Source: an uncultured Chloroflexia bacterium (GTDB lineage Bacteria; Chloroflexota; Dehalococcoidia; SM23-28-2; RBG-16-64-32). Taken from it: a DNA stretch of 64,000 bases. Under the pieces are notes generated by a model. The model made no database searches. It was not told the origin of the DNA and saw only the letters and a program-made list of their open reading frames with translations. Location of the stretch: the NCBI GenBank assembly GCA_963717065.1, contig CAVQVC010000001.1, positions 199,643-263,642 on the forward strand, given 5' to 3'. This document shows, piece after piece, positions 31,680 to 41,608 of the stretch (positions are counted from its first letter, which is position 1; each line of letters begins with the position of its first letter). The translations under genes and the position numbers were made by a program.

Positions 31680-33557
31680 CTAGCTCCCCAGGGTCTGACC
31701 GATGTTCGTGCAGGGCTCCGTCTGCGCCACGGATAGCCCCGTGTTGTGCCGGAGCACTTTCAGCGCGTCAACTGCGTTCACAGCGGTCGAGCAGTCGACG
31801 TCTCCGAATGGCCCGCCTGCGGTCGGGGTTCCGATGTCGACGCATGGCTCGTTCTGGGCGACAGGTAGAGCCGTATTGGCGCGCAGGAGCTTCAGGGCGT
31901 CGACGGCATTCACAGACCCGGAGCAGTCAACGTCTCCCTGGAGCCCAAATGCCGCCGCGAAGGGAGCCGAAAACTCCGAGGTGCCGATAGTGGGATCGGT
32001 ATCGGTGGCGGTCACGCTCGGTCCCTGTATCGTGCCATTGAACGTCCAGAGACCGCCGTTGTCCGCAGCCGCCGAGCCCAGGTAGACTCTGCCCTCGTTC
32101 GCGGCGTCCGCAAAGATGTCGATGATGCACGGGAATACACATCCTGTACCCGAAACGCTTCCGGCGGTTACCTGGGTGATGGCAGGCGGCAGCAACTCCA
32201 CATTACCTCCCGCTAAGTTGTTTATGCCCAGACCTGAGTTGCTGTGTATCGAGTTTCCGCGTATGAAATTGAGGATCGTCGTCGCTTCGAAGACCCTCAC
32301 ACCATCGCCGCTGTTGAAGGCTATCGTATTAGGCTCGCCGGACAGAGGGCTTCCGATGAAGTTGTTCTGTGCGCCGGTTCGGATATCAACGCCGTGGCCC
32401 TGGTCGTTGCTTGTCGAGAAGTTAGGGACTGGCGAGACGCCGTCGGCAGCCGTTCCAATCCGGTTGCCAAATACCCTCACTTCCGACGAATCGTAAATCT
32501 GAATGCCAAATCCACCGTTCCCTGAGATCACGTTTTCCAGGATATAGGTGGCGAAATTCGAATGCAGGAGTATAATCCCACCCTCCAGGTTGGGTATCGC
32601 CTCCGTGCCGCTGGAATTCACCCCTATGTAGTTCCCTTTGATCGTCCCTCCGCTGGCCCGAATCCCCTGCGTCTCGCTCCCTGAGATGATATTCCGGGCG
32701 GCGGCCGTATCGCCGCCAATCATCGCGCCCGGTGCATCAATCCCGTAGTGGTTGCCCATCCCGACGCCGCCACCCAGCGCATTCGTGCCGATGAAGTTTC
32801 CCTGTACCACCGGGCTCGTCCCAGCTTGCGCCACGACGCCCGCCCCAGAGCTGGCGGAGATAACGTTGCAGTCGCCGGTACACGCCCCACCCGGTGTCGT
32901 GCCGTTGGTTCCACCTATCACGAGCCCGGTGCCAGCGCTCGACACACCCCCGAGATTCCCCTGCGCGAGCATGCCTGTCGCGTCGGTCCCGATATAGTTC
33001 GAGCGCACTGAGACATTGGTGGCGCTCGATCGAATACCGACGAAGAAGTTATTAATCACCAGGTGGCGTACCACCGTGTTGCTCGCCCCAACGCCGACGT
33101 CAATACCGAAATCACTCAGCTGTCCGGGCCCGTGGAGCACCACGCGCGTCGCCCCACCGGTGTTTCCGGCAATGGTCACCTGCTCCGTAATCTGCGGTAG
33201 GTCAGAAGTGATGTTGATGACCGGGTTGCCGCTGCCAAGGCTGAACCGTATTGAATCCGGTCCCGTCCCTGGTCCGCATGTATCAGCGATTCCGTTGAGG
33301 TTCGCCGCGATTATTGCCTCTCGCAGTGAACACTGGCCGTCATCGGCCTCCGTGTCGGCAGTCGTCGTCACTAGGATGATACTACCGACGACACCAGCGT
33401 CAGCCGGTTGCGGCCGGGCAAACCAGCCGCCGAGCGCGAGAAACCCTGCAATGACTAGAATGGCGGCGCCAAGTAGCAGCCTGTCCGGCATCAGGCCGAC
33501 AGCATAGCACAGGAGAAGAAGGGGAAAGCAGCCGTGTGTCGGTCGCTGTATAATCAT
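31680..33557 (-). CDS. secreted right-handed parallel beta-helix repeat protein (choice-of-anchor-Q-type cap) with two C-terminal dockerin-like repeats
   Basis: N-terminal TM or signal sequence. TTTADTEADDGQCSLREAIIAAN...DSIRF cap motif. Many G/N-rich beta-helix coils. Tandem GDVDCSGSVNAVDALKLLR / GDVDCSTAVNAVDALKVLR repeats. Confidence 0.65.
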   Translation of the reverse strand: MIIQRPTHGCFPLLLLCYAVGLMPDRLLLGAAILVIAGFLALGGWFARPQPADAGVVGSIILVTTTADTEADDGQCSLREAIIAANLNGIADTCGPGTGPDSIRFSLGSGNPVINITSDLPQITEQVTIAGNTGGATRVVLHGPGQLSDFGIDVGVGASNTVVRHLVINNFFVGIRSSATNVSVRSNYIGTDATGMLAQGNLGGVSSAGTGLVIGGTNGTTPGGACTGDCNVISASSGAGVVAQAGTSPVVQGNFIGTNALGGGVGMGNHYGIDAPGAMIGGDTAAARNIISGSETQGIRASGGTIKGNYIGVNSSGTEAIPNLEGGIILLHSNFATYILENVISGNGGFGIQIYDSSEVRVFGNRIGTAADGVSPVPNFSTSNDQGHGVDIRTGAQNNFIGSPLSGEPNTIAFNSGDGVRVFEATTILNFIRGNSIHSNSGLGINNLAGGNVELLPPAITQVTAGSVSGTGCVFPCIIDIFADAANEGRVYLGSAAADNGGLWTFNGTIQGPSVTATDTDPTIGTSEFSAPFAAAFGLQGDVDCSGSVNAVDALKLLRANTALPVAQNEPCVDIGTPTAGGPFGDVDCSTAVNAVDALKVLRHNTGLSVAQTEPCTNIGQTLGS

Positions 33558-33582
33558 CCCGTCTCATGAGGGAGGACTCGCC

Positions 33583-33906
33583 ATGCTCTTCTTCGTCAAA
33601 GCCAGTCTGAACGAACAACCGCCAATGTCTCGCGACCAGTACCTCGGCATGGTCGCTTCCACCTGGCAGACCATCAAGCAGCTCGAGGGCAACGGCAAGG
33701 TGATCACCGGTGGCGCCTTCGTCGGCCAGCGTGCCGGCTGCGTCGTCCTCGACGTCGACTCCAACGAGGAACTCGCCGACATCATGAACCGTCTCCCGTT
33801 GTCCGCCTACCTCACCTGGGAGGTCGTCCCCCTGATCAGCGCCGATCGCGCTCTGGACTCGGCGAAATGGGCGCTCCAGCAATTATCGCTGGCGGGCTCC
33901 CGTTAA
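33583..33906 (+). CDS. muconolactone delta-isomerase family protein
   Basis: MLFFVKASL...LPLSAYLTWEVVPL aligns with the CatC MLFHVKMTV...LPLFPYMDIEV. About 100 aa. Confidence 0.6.
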   Translation: MLFFVKASLNEQPPMSRDQYLGMVASTWQTIKQLEGNGKVITGGAFVGQRAGCVVLDVDSNEELADIMNRLPLSAYLTWEVVPLISADRALDSAKWALQQLSLAGSR

Positions 33907-34362
33907 CTAGACCTCCAACCCGAGCGCCCGGAACACCGCCTCATACTGCGACGGGTTTCCCGGCTGGAACCAGGGCTCCGCGTGCAAGATCACGCCTCCG
34001 CGGTCAATCACGAACACCGCCCGGCCGCTCCGTTTCCCGGCGTCATCCACCACTCCGTATGCCCGCGCTGCCGCTAGCCGCTCATCGCTGGCCAGCGCGA
34101 ACGGCACCCCGCCCAGCCGCTCGGCGAAGTCGCGGTGCGAATCCAGCCCGTCAGCGCTTACGGCGACTACTTCCGCCCCGAGTTCGCGCACCATCTCGTA
34201 ATCGTCGCGCAGCATCGCGACCTCGTTCGAGCACAGCGGCGTATTGTCTTCGGCGTAGAACGCCAACACGACCTTCTTCTCGCCCGTCATGTCGCTCAGC
34301 CTCAGATCCCCCAGCGTGCTCGGCAGCGCCAGGTCCGGCGCCTGCTCGCCCACTTCAGGCAT
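33907..34362 (-). CDS. bcp: thiol peroxidase, Bcp-type peroxiredoxin
   Basis: AhpC/TSA fold with peroxidatic Cys in DNTPLCSNE. 151 aa. Confidence 0.85.
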   Translation of the reverse strand: MPEVGEQAPDLALPSTLGDLRLSDMTGEKKVVLAFYAEDNTPLCSNEVAMLRDDYEMVRELGAEVVAVSADGLDSHRDFAERLGGVPFALASDERLAAARAYGVVDDAGKRSGRAVFVIDRGGVILHAEPWFQPGNPSQYEAVFRALGLEV

Positions 34363-35510
34363 ATTCGTTGCCCTCGCGGAGGCCGGTCAGGTCGGCCCCC
34401 TCCACACCTCGGCCCTGGATCAGGACGCGGATACGCCCCAGTCCAGCCGGGGTCCAGCAGCTCCGTCACCGCCCGTCTTCGCGCCACGTACTCCTCGATG
34501 TCGGTGTCGCCTTCCGCGGGCGGTGTCAGCGCTTCCATGATCCCGAGGCTCGACAGGAACTCCGATTGCGGGACCAATCCCAGCCTCGTCAACCCGAACT
34601 CCTCACCCGCCGCTCTCAGGCTTGTGAAATCGACGTGCGACGTGATGTCCTGCCGCCCGATTCGAGCGTACGGATCGCTGCTCGGGTTGTGGCGGTAGAA
34701 GCACAGCAGCGTCCCGTCTGTCCGCCACGACGCGTAGAGGTCCTCGGCGGCGTATCCATAGTCGAACGCCATGAGGAATCCTTGCTCCAGCGCCGCCGCC
34801 GCCTGTCGCATCCAGTCCTGCGCCGCCAGGTTGACCTCCGCCCGGCACCCTTCACCCGGAAGAAGGCCGAGACGCTCGAAATACGACCCGATCTCGGGTG
34901 TCGATGGCTTGCGCAATTCCTCCCGGAACCGCGACCCATCCCACGTAACGGAGACTTCTTGCAGAACACCATCTTCCACCGACACCCGGTGCACCGGCAT
35001 CGCGTCGAGCAGTTCGTTGCTCAGGATGCACCCGTGTACACCCGCCGGCATCGCCTCGCTCCAGCGCACCGAGTCCGACAGTCGATCGTCTGCCAGCAGC
35101 CGCTTCTGCCGCTCGATCATTGCCTCGCTGCGCTCGACAAGGACGTAGTCGATTGAGCCCGCGAACGCGGGTGCCGCCCGCGCGGCCCACCTCATGATGT
35201 CGTGGCACAGCTGTCCGGTCCCTGCCCCCACCTCGACAATCTGGAAGCGGCCTGGATTGCCCATCGCCTCCCACATCTCCCGCAGTTGCCTCCCCACCAT
35301 GGCGCCGAACAAGGGGCTTACCTCCGGGCTCGTCAGGTAATCGCCCTCGCGGCCGACCGCGCCCCGCTGGGAGACGTAATAGCCGAGGTCCGGTTCGTAC
35401 AGAGCCATCTCCATGAAATCGCGGAAACTGATCCCGTTATCAGCCTCAATTCGCGTTACGATGGCGTCCTTGAGCGCCGAGTTTTCGGTCTCCATATCGA
35501 ACTCGCTCAC
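34355..35510 (-). pseudogene. SAM-dependent methyltransferase, MidA/NDUFAF7 (DUF185) family, C-terminal frameshift
   Basis: VEVGAGTGQL SAM motif. The true C-terminus ...LGRIRVLIQGRGVEGADLTGLREGNEYA* lies in another frame and ends at TGA 34355-34357, overlapping the bcp start. The shift falls at a CCCCGG/GGGG run near 34420. Confidence 0.7.
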
Positions 35511-35601
35511 GACCTCATCCTAACCTCTCGCAGCTATGCGCTGTCACCTGGTCTATGCGTTTGTGGTACACTACTTCACAAACCGCGAATATTTGTCTCC
35601 C

Positions 35602-36084
35602 ATGCAACAATCACCTGAACGCAAGCTTTTCGATGAGGCCTTCTTCCTGCTTGGCCGCGTCATGGTCCGTTCGGACCCCAGCCGCCTCGAAGCATGGGCC
35701 GGGCTCGGCCTCAGCCTCACTCAGCTCCGCGTCCTTTTCATCCTGCGGGAGAGCGACGGAGTGACCGCACGTTCTCTGGCCGAGACACTGCGCGTCACGC
35801 CCTCGACCTTGACACGCATAATGGACCGGCTCGTCCGAGATGGCCTCGTGACTCGCGAAGAAGACCCCCAGGACCGCCGCCTCGTCCGCCACCACCTGAC
35901 TGACACGGCACTCGAAACCGTGCAGGCCATCGAGCGACAGGGGCGCAAGCGCATGGACAGAGTACTGTCGCGGCTCACGCCCGAACAGGCCCAGCAACTC
36001 GTCGATGCGCTTACCCACCTCGCCGCTGCCTCCGAGGCGGTCGAGGCCGAGGAATCAGTGCAACCCGTGGGCGCGGCGAAATGA
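35602..36084 (+). CDS. MarR family transcriptional regulator
   Basis: LTQLRVLFILRESDGVTARSLAETLRVTPSTLTRIMDRLVRDGLVTREEDPQDRRLV winged helix. Overlaps the MFS gene by 4 nt. Confidence 0.8.
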   Translation: MQQSPERKLFDEAFFLLGRVMVRSDPSRLEAWAGLGLSLTQLRVLFILRESDGVTARSLAETLRVTPSTLTRIMDRLVRDGLVTREEDPQDRRLVRHHLTDTALETVQAIERQGRKRMDRVLSRLTPEQAQQLVDALTHLAAASEAVEAEESVQPVGAAK

Positions 36085-37859
36085 CAACCGCAGCCGTCAC
36101 GGGGACATCCTTCAACCCCATCGCCGATATGAGTGGCCGTCAGAAGGCCGTCATTATGGCCGGTACGATGCTTGGCCTCTTCGCCGCAGCGATGGACCAG
36201 ACCGTTGTGGGCACCTCGATGCCGCGCATCATCGCCCAGCTCGGCGGTTTCGGCCTCTTCGCATGGGTTGGCACCGGATTCATGCTTGCGTCCACGGCCA
36301 CCTTGCCGGTGGTCGGTAAGCTCTCCGACATCTTCGGCCGCAAGCCGTTCTACATGTCGGGCATCGTCATCCTGATGATCGGCTCGGCACTCTGCGGCTC
36401 CTCTCAAAACATCGAGCAGCTAATCGCGTTCCGTGTGATTCAGGGCTTCGGAGCCGGCATGATCATGGGGCTGGCATTCGCCGTCCTCGGCGACGTCTTC
36501 ACCCCCGCCGAGCGCGGTCGCTGGGCCGGCCTCATGTCCGCAGTCTTCGCCTCCGCCAGCGTCCTCGGCCCCCTCATCGGCGGCACCCTCACCGACCACG
36601 CCAACTGGCGCTGGGTGTTCTACGTGAACCTCCCGATCGGCGCGACCGCGCTCGTGGTGCTCTTCTTCGGGATGCCAAGCTTCCGGCCCAGCCGCCACGA
36701 CCGTTTCGACGTCCTCGGCGCGGTCCTGCTCCTCGCGAGTGTGGTCCCGATGCTCCTGGCCTTCTCCTGGGCGGGGAGCCGTTACGAATGGGTCTCTCCG
36801 CAGATCATCGCCCTCTTCACATGGGCAGCCGCAGGGCTGGCCGCATTCTGTTACGCCGAGACGCACACGGAACAGCCGTTGCTTCCGCTGACCCTGTTCC
36901 GTAACCGCATCTTCGCAGTTTCTTCTGCGATCACGCTCCTAACTGGTTTCGCGATGATGGGCGCCCTTTTCTACATACCACTCTTCGTGCAGGGTGTCAT
37001 CGGCAAGTCCGCCACCAACTCCGGCTTCGTAACAATGCCCATGATGATCTCGATGGCCGTTGCCAGCGCAGCCGCCGGCCAGGCCATGTCGCGCCTCGGC
37101 CGCTACAAGATCATCGGCATCGTCGGCCTCCTCACTATGACCGGCGGTATGTACCTCCTCTCGAGGATGACCGTCGACTCAACGAGTCAGCAGGCGGCGA
37201 TCGCCATGATTGTCCTCGGGGCCGGTCTCGGCGCCGCAATACCGCTCTACATGCTCGCCGTTCAGAACGCGGTGCCCTATCGCCTCATGGGCATCTCCAC
37301 CTCTACTATGCAGTTCCTGCGCTCGGTCGGTGGCACCATGGGCGTCGCCGTCATGTTCTCCCTGATCCAGGCGAAATACCATTCCGGCCTCGCTCAGTCT
37401 GTCCCCGCACCAGTCCGAGACAACCCGCAGGCCGCCGATGCCATCAAGAACCCCCAATTCCTGCTGAATACTCAAGCGGCACAGCGCATCGAACAGGGTT
37501 TCAATTCCTTCGGGCCGCAGGGCGCCCAGCTTTACGAAGCCACCATCCACGCGGTGAGGGAATCGCTCGCGGTAGCCATCGCGGACACCTTCCTGATATC
37601 GACCTTCGTCATCCTCGGCGCCGTCGTCATCGCCCTCTTCATGAAGGAAATCCCTCTTCGCAAGGTGCACTTCGGTGCTGAAGAGGGCTTCGTCCCGGCG
37701 CCGGATGAAGCCGAAGCCCCACACCCGGGCCTCGTCCCCGCACCGGCCCTCCTCTCGACCGCCGATGCCGGCGACGGTGCCGCGCCCGTACGCGAAACTC
37801 CTGTGCCCGAGCCCGGAGCTGCCTGGTCAGCCAGCGCTCAGCTGGGCGATGGCCCCTGA
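36081..37859 (+). CDS. MFS transporter, DHA2 (EmrB/QacA-like, 14 TM) drug:H+ antiporter family
   Basis: 592 aa, 14 predicted TM. Motif A GKLSDIFGRKP. Operon with marR. Confidence 0.85.
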   Translation: MTTAAVTGTSFNPIADMSGRQKAVIMAGTMLGLFAAAMDQTVVGTSMPRIIAQLGGFGLFAWVGTGFMLASTATLPVVGKLSDIFGRKPFYMSGIVILMIGSALCGSSQNIEQLIAFRVIQGFGAGMIMGLAFAVLGDVFTPAERGRWAGLMSAVFASASVLGPLIGGTLTDHANWRWVFYVNLPIGATALVVLFFGMPSFRPSRHDRFDVLGAVLLLASVVPMLLAFSWAGSRYEWVSPQIIALFTWAAAGLAAFCYAETHTEQPLLPLTLFRNRIFAVSSAITLLTGFAMMGALFYIPLFVQGVIGKSATNSGFVTMPMMISMAVASAAAGQAMSRLGRYKIIGIVGLLTMTGGMYLLSRMTVDSTSQQAAIAMIVLGAGLGAAIPLYMLAVQNAVPYRLMGISTSTMQFLRSVGGTMGVAVMFSLIQAKYHSGLAQSVPAPVRDNPQAADAIKNPQFLLNTQAAQRIEQGFNSFGPQGAQLYEATIHAVRESLAVAIADTFLISTFVILGAVVIALFMKEIPLRKVHFGAEEGFVPAPDEAEAPHPGLVPAPALLSTADAGDGAAPVRETPVPEPGAAWSASAQLGDGP

Positions 37860-37879
37860 CTTGCCGACCTGAGCCTGGC

Positions 37880-38602
37880 TTATCCCTGTCTCAGCTCGCG
37901 CAATAGCCCCAAATCGTTGCTGATTACCCCGTCCACACCAAGCTCCACCAGCCGCTGTGCCTCCCGACGGTCGTCCACCGTCCAGCAATACGCATCGACC
38001 TCGTTCTCGCGCAGAAAGGCCGCCCTCTCCTCGTTTAACATCCGGTGCCAGATGCAAACCCGGCGTGCACCATCATCCTGCCGAGCCATTTCGACATAAC
38101 GCTGCCATTGCTCATCGGCCTGCATCGAATACCGCACCTCGATGCTCCGCCCCGCCTCCCGTAGCCGGTCCAGCACCGGCCAGTACTGGCCACACACAGC
38201 AACCCACTCCTCCGCCTCCGCGTTTTGGAACTCCCGCACCAGCTCCGCCGCGAAAGCGGTGGCCGTAGTCGGGTCGGTCGACTTCACATCCACGAGAAGG
38301 CGCTTCTGCCCGGTCGTTTCCTCGAGCAGCTCAGCGAGCCTGAACGGGTTCAAATCTAGCCTCACGTAACCCCGCCGCGGCAATGGCAGGCTCCAGGCGC
38401 CGGTCGGCACGCCCCGCCTGCGCCGGTCCAACAGCAGCGGAACCCGGCCCAGCCTTCGCTCATGCCGCACCTCGATGCGTCCCGCCCGAAACCACACGTC
38501 CACCTCGATCATGTCGACATCGGTGGCCAGCGCTTGGCGCAGCGTGTCGCGGTGGTTTCCGAAGGCGTGGGCTATGCGGACGGGCGGGTCGCCGCTGTTC
38601 AA
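37880..38602 (-). CDS. glycerophosphodiester phosphodiesterase family protein
   Basis: GDPD-like segment RIAHAFGNHRDTL...IEVDVWF...VDGVISND. TTG start at 38602 is inferred. The long upstream ORF extension is G/R-rich junk. Confidence 0.5.
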   Translation of the reverse strand: MNSGDPPVRIAHAFGNHRDTLRQALATDVDMIEVDVWFRAGRIEVRHERRLGRVPLLLDRRRRGVPTGAWSLPLPRRGYVRLDLNPFRLAELLEETTGQKRLLVDVKSTDPTTATAFAAELVREFQNAEAEEWVAVCGQYWPVLDRLREAGRSIEVRYSMQADEQWQRYVEMARQDDGARRVCIWHRMLNEERAAFLRENEVDAYCWTVDDRREAQRLVELGVDGVISNDLGLLRELRQG

Positions 38603-39084
38603 CCGGGCCGCGTCTGGCGCGAGCGCCGCTTCGGTTGCTTCGGATGGAACGAGCGCAACTGCTGAGTGCGCCGGTTGTAGTGGGCGATCGCCATCTCCAT
38701 GATCTGCCTCAGCGTGTATGTGGCGTGATCGTCCGCAGCCGTCTTCTCCAGGTCGTCCGGAATAACGTCGTGCAGCAGGTTCCCGAAGCGGCGGTGCGCG
38801 ACCTGTAGGGCCATGGTCCCCTCGCGCAACGACATGAAATCGGCTGTCGCAAGACACGGCGGCTGTGGCAGGTTCAGGGCCTTCGCCACCAGCATCCCGT
38901 AGTACAGGTTCACCTCGTCCACGGTGCGTTCGACCGTACTCTTCACGGAATCCCCGTCGCTGTTCTGCGCATCGAACAGAGCGGGATCGGTTCCGTCCGC
39001 CGCCGCCATCATCTCCACCCGCGCGCTCTCCAGCCGCTTGAGGATGTCCTCCATCGCCTCCGCCCCGGTCGCCGCCTCTGTCAT
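38599..39084 (-). CDS. DinB-family (DinB_2) protein
   Basis: 161 aa helical protein. Weak DinB_2-like His pattern. Confidence 0.4.
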   Translation of the reverse strand: MTEAATGAEAMEDILKRLESARVEMMAAADGTDPALFDAQNSDGDSVKSTVERTVDEVNLYYGMLVAKALNLPQPPCLATADFMSLREGTMALQVAHRRFGNLLHDVIPDDLEKTAADDHATYTLRQIMEMAIAHYNRRTQQLRSFHPKQPKRRSRQTRPG

Positions 39085-39488
39085 TCAGCGTCCCCCAGCG
39101 GCTGCCGGCTCGCGTAGCCCGTGTCCAGTTCGTGCCAGAAAGACACGTGCTCCTCACCCAGCTTCCAGCAGAGATACACCTCGCGCCCGTCGCGGATCGA
39201 GCGGAAGTCGATCAGCCCCATGTCCATGTCTTTCAGTTCCACGTCCATCCCTTGCACTTTGTCCACCAGGTCAGTTATCTGCGACGCCACCGACTCCATG
39301 TCCCGCCGCACTTTGCCCGCCTCCTCGTCCACCCCGTGACCGTTCGTCCGTGACTTCTGCGACAGCTCCGAACCCTGCGTCTGCAGAGCGTCGTGCTTTC
39401 GCTTGAGCTCTTGCAGCTTGAACAACGCTGGCGCCAGGTACGGCAACAACTCCTCCGCCTCCTCCCGTGTGAACCGCTTCGGCGCCAT
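39081..39488 (-). CDS. conserved hypothetical protein (DUF2203-like)
   Basis: 135 aa. Coiled-coil N-terminus. C-terminal YLCWKLGE...FWHELDTG. Confidence 0.4.
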   Translation of the reverse strand: MAPKRFTREEAEELLPYLAPALFKLQELKRKHDALQTQGSELSQKSRTNGHGVDEEAGKVRRDMESVASQITDLVDKVQGMDVELKDMDMGLIDFRSIRDGREVYLCWKLGEEHVSFWHELDTGYASRQPLGDAE

Positions 39489-39544
39489 ACCAGCGCCCAG
39501 TATACGACACGCTGTGTTCGCGACTTGCGGCGACAGACGAGCCC

Positions 39545-40363
39545 CTACTTCGGCCCCGCCGCGCCCCCGCTCGCCCCCAGGAACTCCACCACCGCCTCGT
39601 TCACCTCGTCCGCCCGCTCCACCAGGAACCCGTGCCCCGCACCCTCATACACCACCAGCCTCGACCCTGCGATCCCTTCGTGGATCAGCACCGAGTTCGG
39701 GTGCGGCACGATCTTGTCCGCCGTCCCCGAGACCACGAGCGTCGGCATCCCGATCCGTCCCAGCCGCTCGTAGGTGTTGTGCATCATCGCTGCCATGAAC
39801 TGCCCCTGCAGCCCGTGCGGCGGCGCCATCAAGTGCGCCATCTCCAGAGCCCGCTTCAGCAGCCACTCCTTGTTCGCCGCTATGAAGGCGTCGCTGTACA
39901 GGATCGACAGGCCGCGCTCGATCGCCTGCTCCATCGGCAGCGTCGCCACCGTCGCGAAGTAGGACACCACGTCCGGGCCTGCCGTCTGCGCCTTCGGCCC
40001 GCCGGGTGTCGTCCCGCCCAGCACCAGCGCCTGCACCCGCTGCGGATGTCGCAGCGCGTACTCCTGCGCGATCATCCCGCCCAGCGACATCCCGAACACG
40101 TGTGACGTGGGCACACCCAGCGCGTCCATCAGCGCCGCCCCGTCGTCCGCCATCTGCGAGATCTGGTACGGCCCTTGCGGCTTCTCGCTGCGCCCCGCTC
40201 CTCGGTTGTCGAACGCGATCACCCGGTAGCGCTCGCTGAACGCCGGCACCTGCTTCCACCACGCCGTAGCGTTCGCGCCCAGCCCCATGATCAGCAGCAG
40301 CGGCGGCCCCTCGCCGTGCACCTCGTAGTAGATCTCGATTCCGTTGGCTTTAGTCGTTGGCAT
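39545..40363 (-). CDS. alpha/beta-fold hydrolase
   Basis: HGEGPPLLLIMGLG and GMSLGG nucleophile elbow. 272 aa. Confidence 0.85.
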   Translation of the reverse strand: MPTTKANGIEIYYEVHGEGPPLLLIMGLGANATAWWKQVPAFSERYRVIAFDNRGAGRSEKPQGPYQISQMADDGAALMDALGVPTSHVFGMSLGGMIAQEYALRHPQRVQALVLGGTTPGGPKAQTAGPDVVSYFATVATLPMEQAIERGLSILYSDAFIAANKEWLLKRALEMAHLMAPPHGLQGQFMAAMMHNTYERLGRIGMPTLVVSGTADKIVPHPNSVLIHEGIAGSRLVVYEGAGHGFLVERADEVNEAVVEFLGASGGAAGPK

Positions 40364-40387
40364 GTCTCGCTCCAGGTGTTCCTGCTG

Positions 40388-41608
40388 CTACTGCGCCACT
40401 TCCACCAGCTCCACATCAAAGATCAGCGTCGCGTTCGGAGGTATGCTGTCGCCTTGCCCCGTCTCGCCGTACGCCAGCGATGCCGGGATCACCAGCCGCC
40501 GCCTGCCGCCTTCCTTCATCCCGGCCACGCCGATGTCCCAGCCCTTGATCGCTTCGCCCTTTCCCAGCGTGAACGCGAATACGCGCGGTTGTGACTGGTC
40601 TGTCCCCAGTGACGTGTCAAAGCGCTTTCCGTCCGCCTGCAACCAGCCTGTATAGTGCATGGCCACCAGACTCCCGGGCGCGTCTGCCGTTCCCCCAACC
40701 GCCTCGTCGCCCGTCCCCTCAACGATGTCGGCTGCGATCACGCCGCCCTCAAGCTCCCGTTCCGGGGCTGTCACCGTCGGTGGGCTTTCAGGTGACGGGT
40801 CGCTCACTGCCAGGAGTCGAACGTCGAACCCGATCGTGGCGTTCGCCGGAATCGGACCCTGGCCCTGCTCTCCATACCCCAGTTCCGGGGGAATGATAAG
40901 CGTCCTCTGCCCCCCGACAGCCATGCCCTCGACTCCTTCTTCGAACCCGGGGATCAATGAATCTGCTCCGACGATGAACGCCAGCGGCACCTTCCCCACC
41001 GAGGAGTCAAACTCCGTGCCGTCTGCCAGTTTGCCGGTGTAATGCACGGTCGCCGTCTGCCCGGCCTGCGGCGTGTCGCCGGTTCCGACGACGACGTCCA
41101 TGTACTGCAGGCCGCTGTCTGTCTCTGTGAACCCCTCCGGCACTCCCTTGTCGTCGTCCGTCAGCGTCATCGCCAGCACCCCGATTCCTGCGACCAAGGC
41201 CACAATCCCGCCCACCAGCAGCGCAATTCCGCCTATCAAGGCGCCGTCGACGCCCTTGCTGGTCGGCGGCGCCGGAGCCGGCTCGCCGGTAGGGGATGTC
41301 TCATCAGCATCCGCGATGGCGACCTCCTCGCCCGCCGCTGTCACGGCCGCGACGCTTGCACGTGACTCCCACACCGGGGGAGTCGCCTCTGCCGCGCTCC
41401 GCGTTCGGTCGTACTCCGCCCGCTTGTCGGTGTCGTCGAGGACGTCGAATGCCTCGTCGATCTCTCGCATCCGCTCCGGGTCCGAGGGTTCCGCGTTCAC
41501 GTCCGGCTGTAGCTCCTGAGCCAGCCGCTCGTACGCCGACTCTATCTCTTCGGCACTCGCGTCCGGGCGGACGCCCAGTGTTTCGTAGTAGTTCTTCGCA
41601 GCGTTCAT
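40388..41608 (-). CDS. J-domain protein with one TM helix and two FKBP-type peptidyl-prolyl isomerase domains
   Basis: N-terminal YYETLGV...EIESAYERLAQE J domain. TM helix ALIGGIALLVGGIVALVAGIGVL. Two FKBP domains (TVHYTGKL..DG..FDSS.. and AMHYTGWL..DG..FDTS..). Confidence 0.8.
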   Translation of the reverse strand: MNAAKNYYETLGVRPDASAEEIESAYERLAQELQPDVNAEPSDPERMREIDEAFDVLDDTDKRAEYDRTRSAAEATPPVWESRASVAAVTAAGEEVAIADADETSPTGEPAPAPPTSKGVDGALIGGIALLVGGIVALVAGIGVLAMTLTDDDKGVPEGFTETDSGLQYMDVVVGTGDTPQAGQTATVHYTGKLADGTEFDSSVGKVPLAFIVGADSLIPGFEEGVEGMAVGGQRTLIIPPELGYGEQGQGPIPANATIGFDVRLLAVSDPSPESPPTVTAPERELEGGVIAADIVEGTGDEAVGGTADAPGSLVAMHYTGWLQADGKRFDTSLGTDQSQPRVFAFTLGKGEAIKGWDIGVAGMKEGGRRRLVIPASLAYGETGQGDSIPPNATLIFDVELVEVAQ

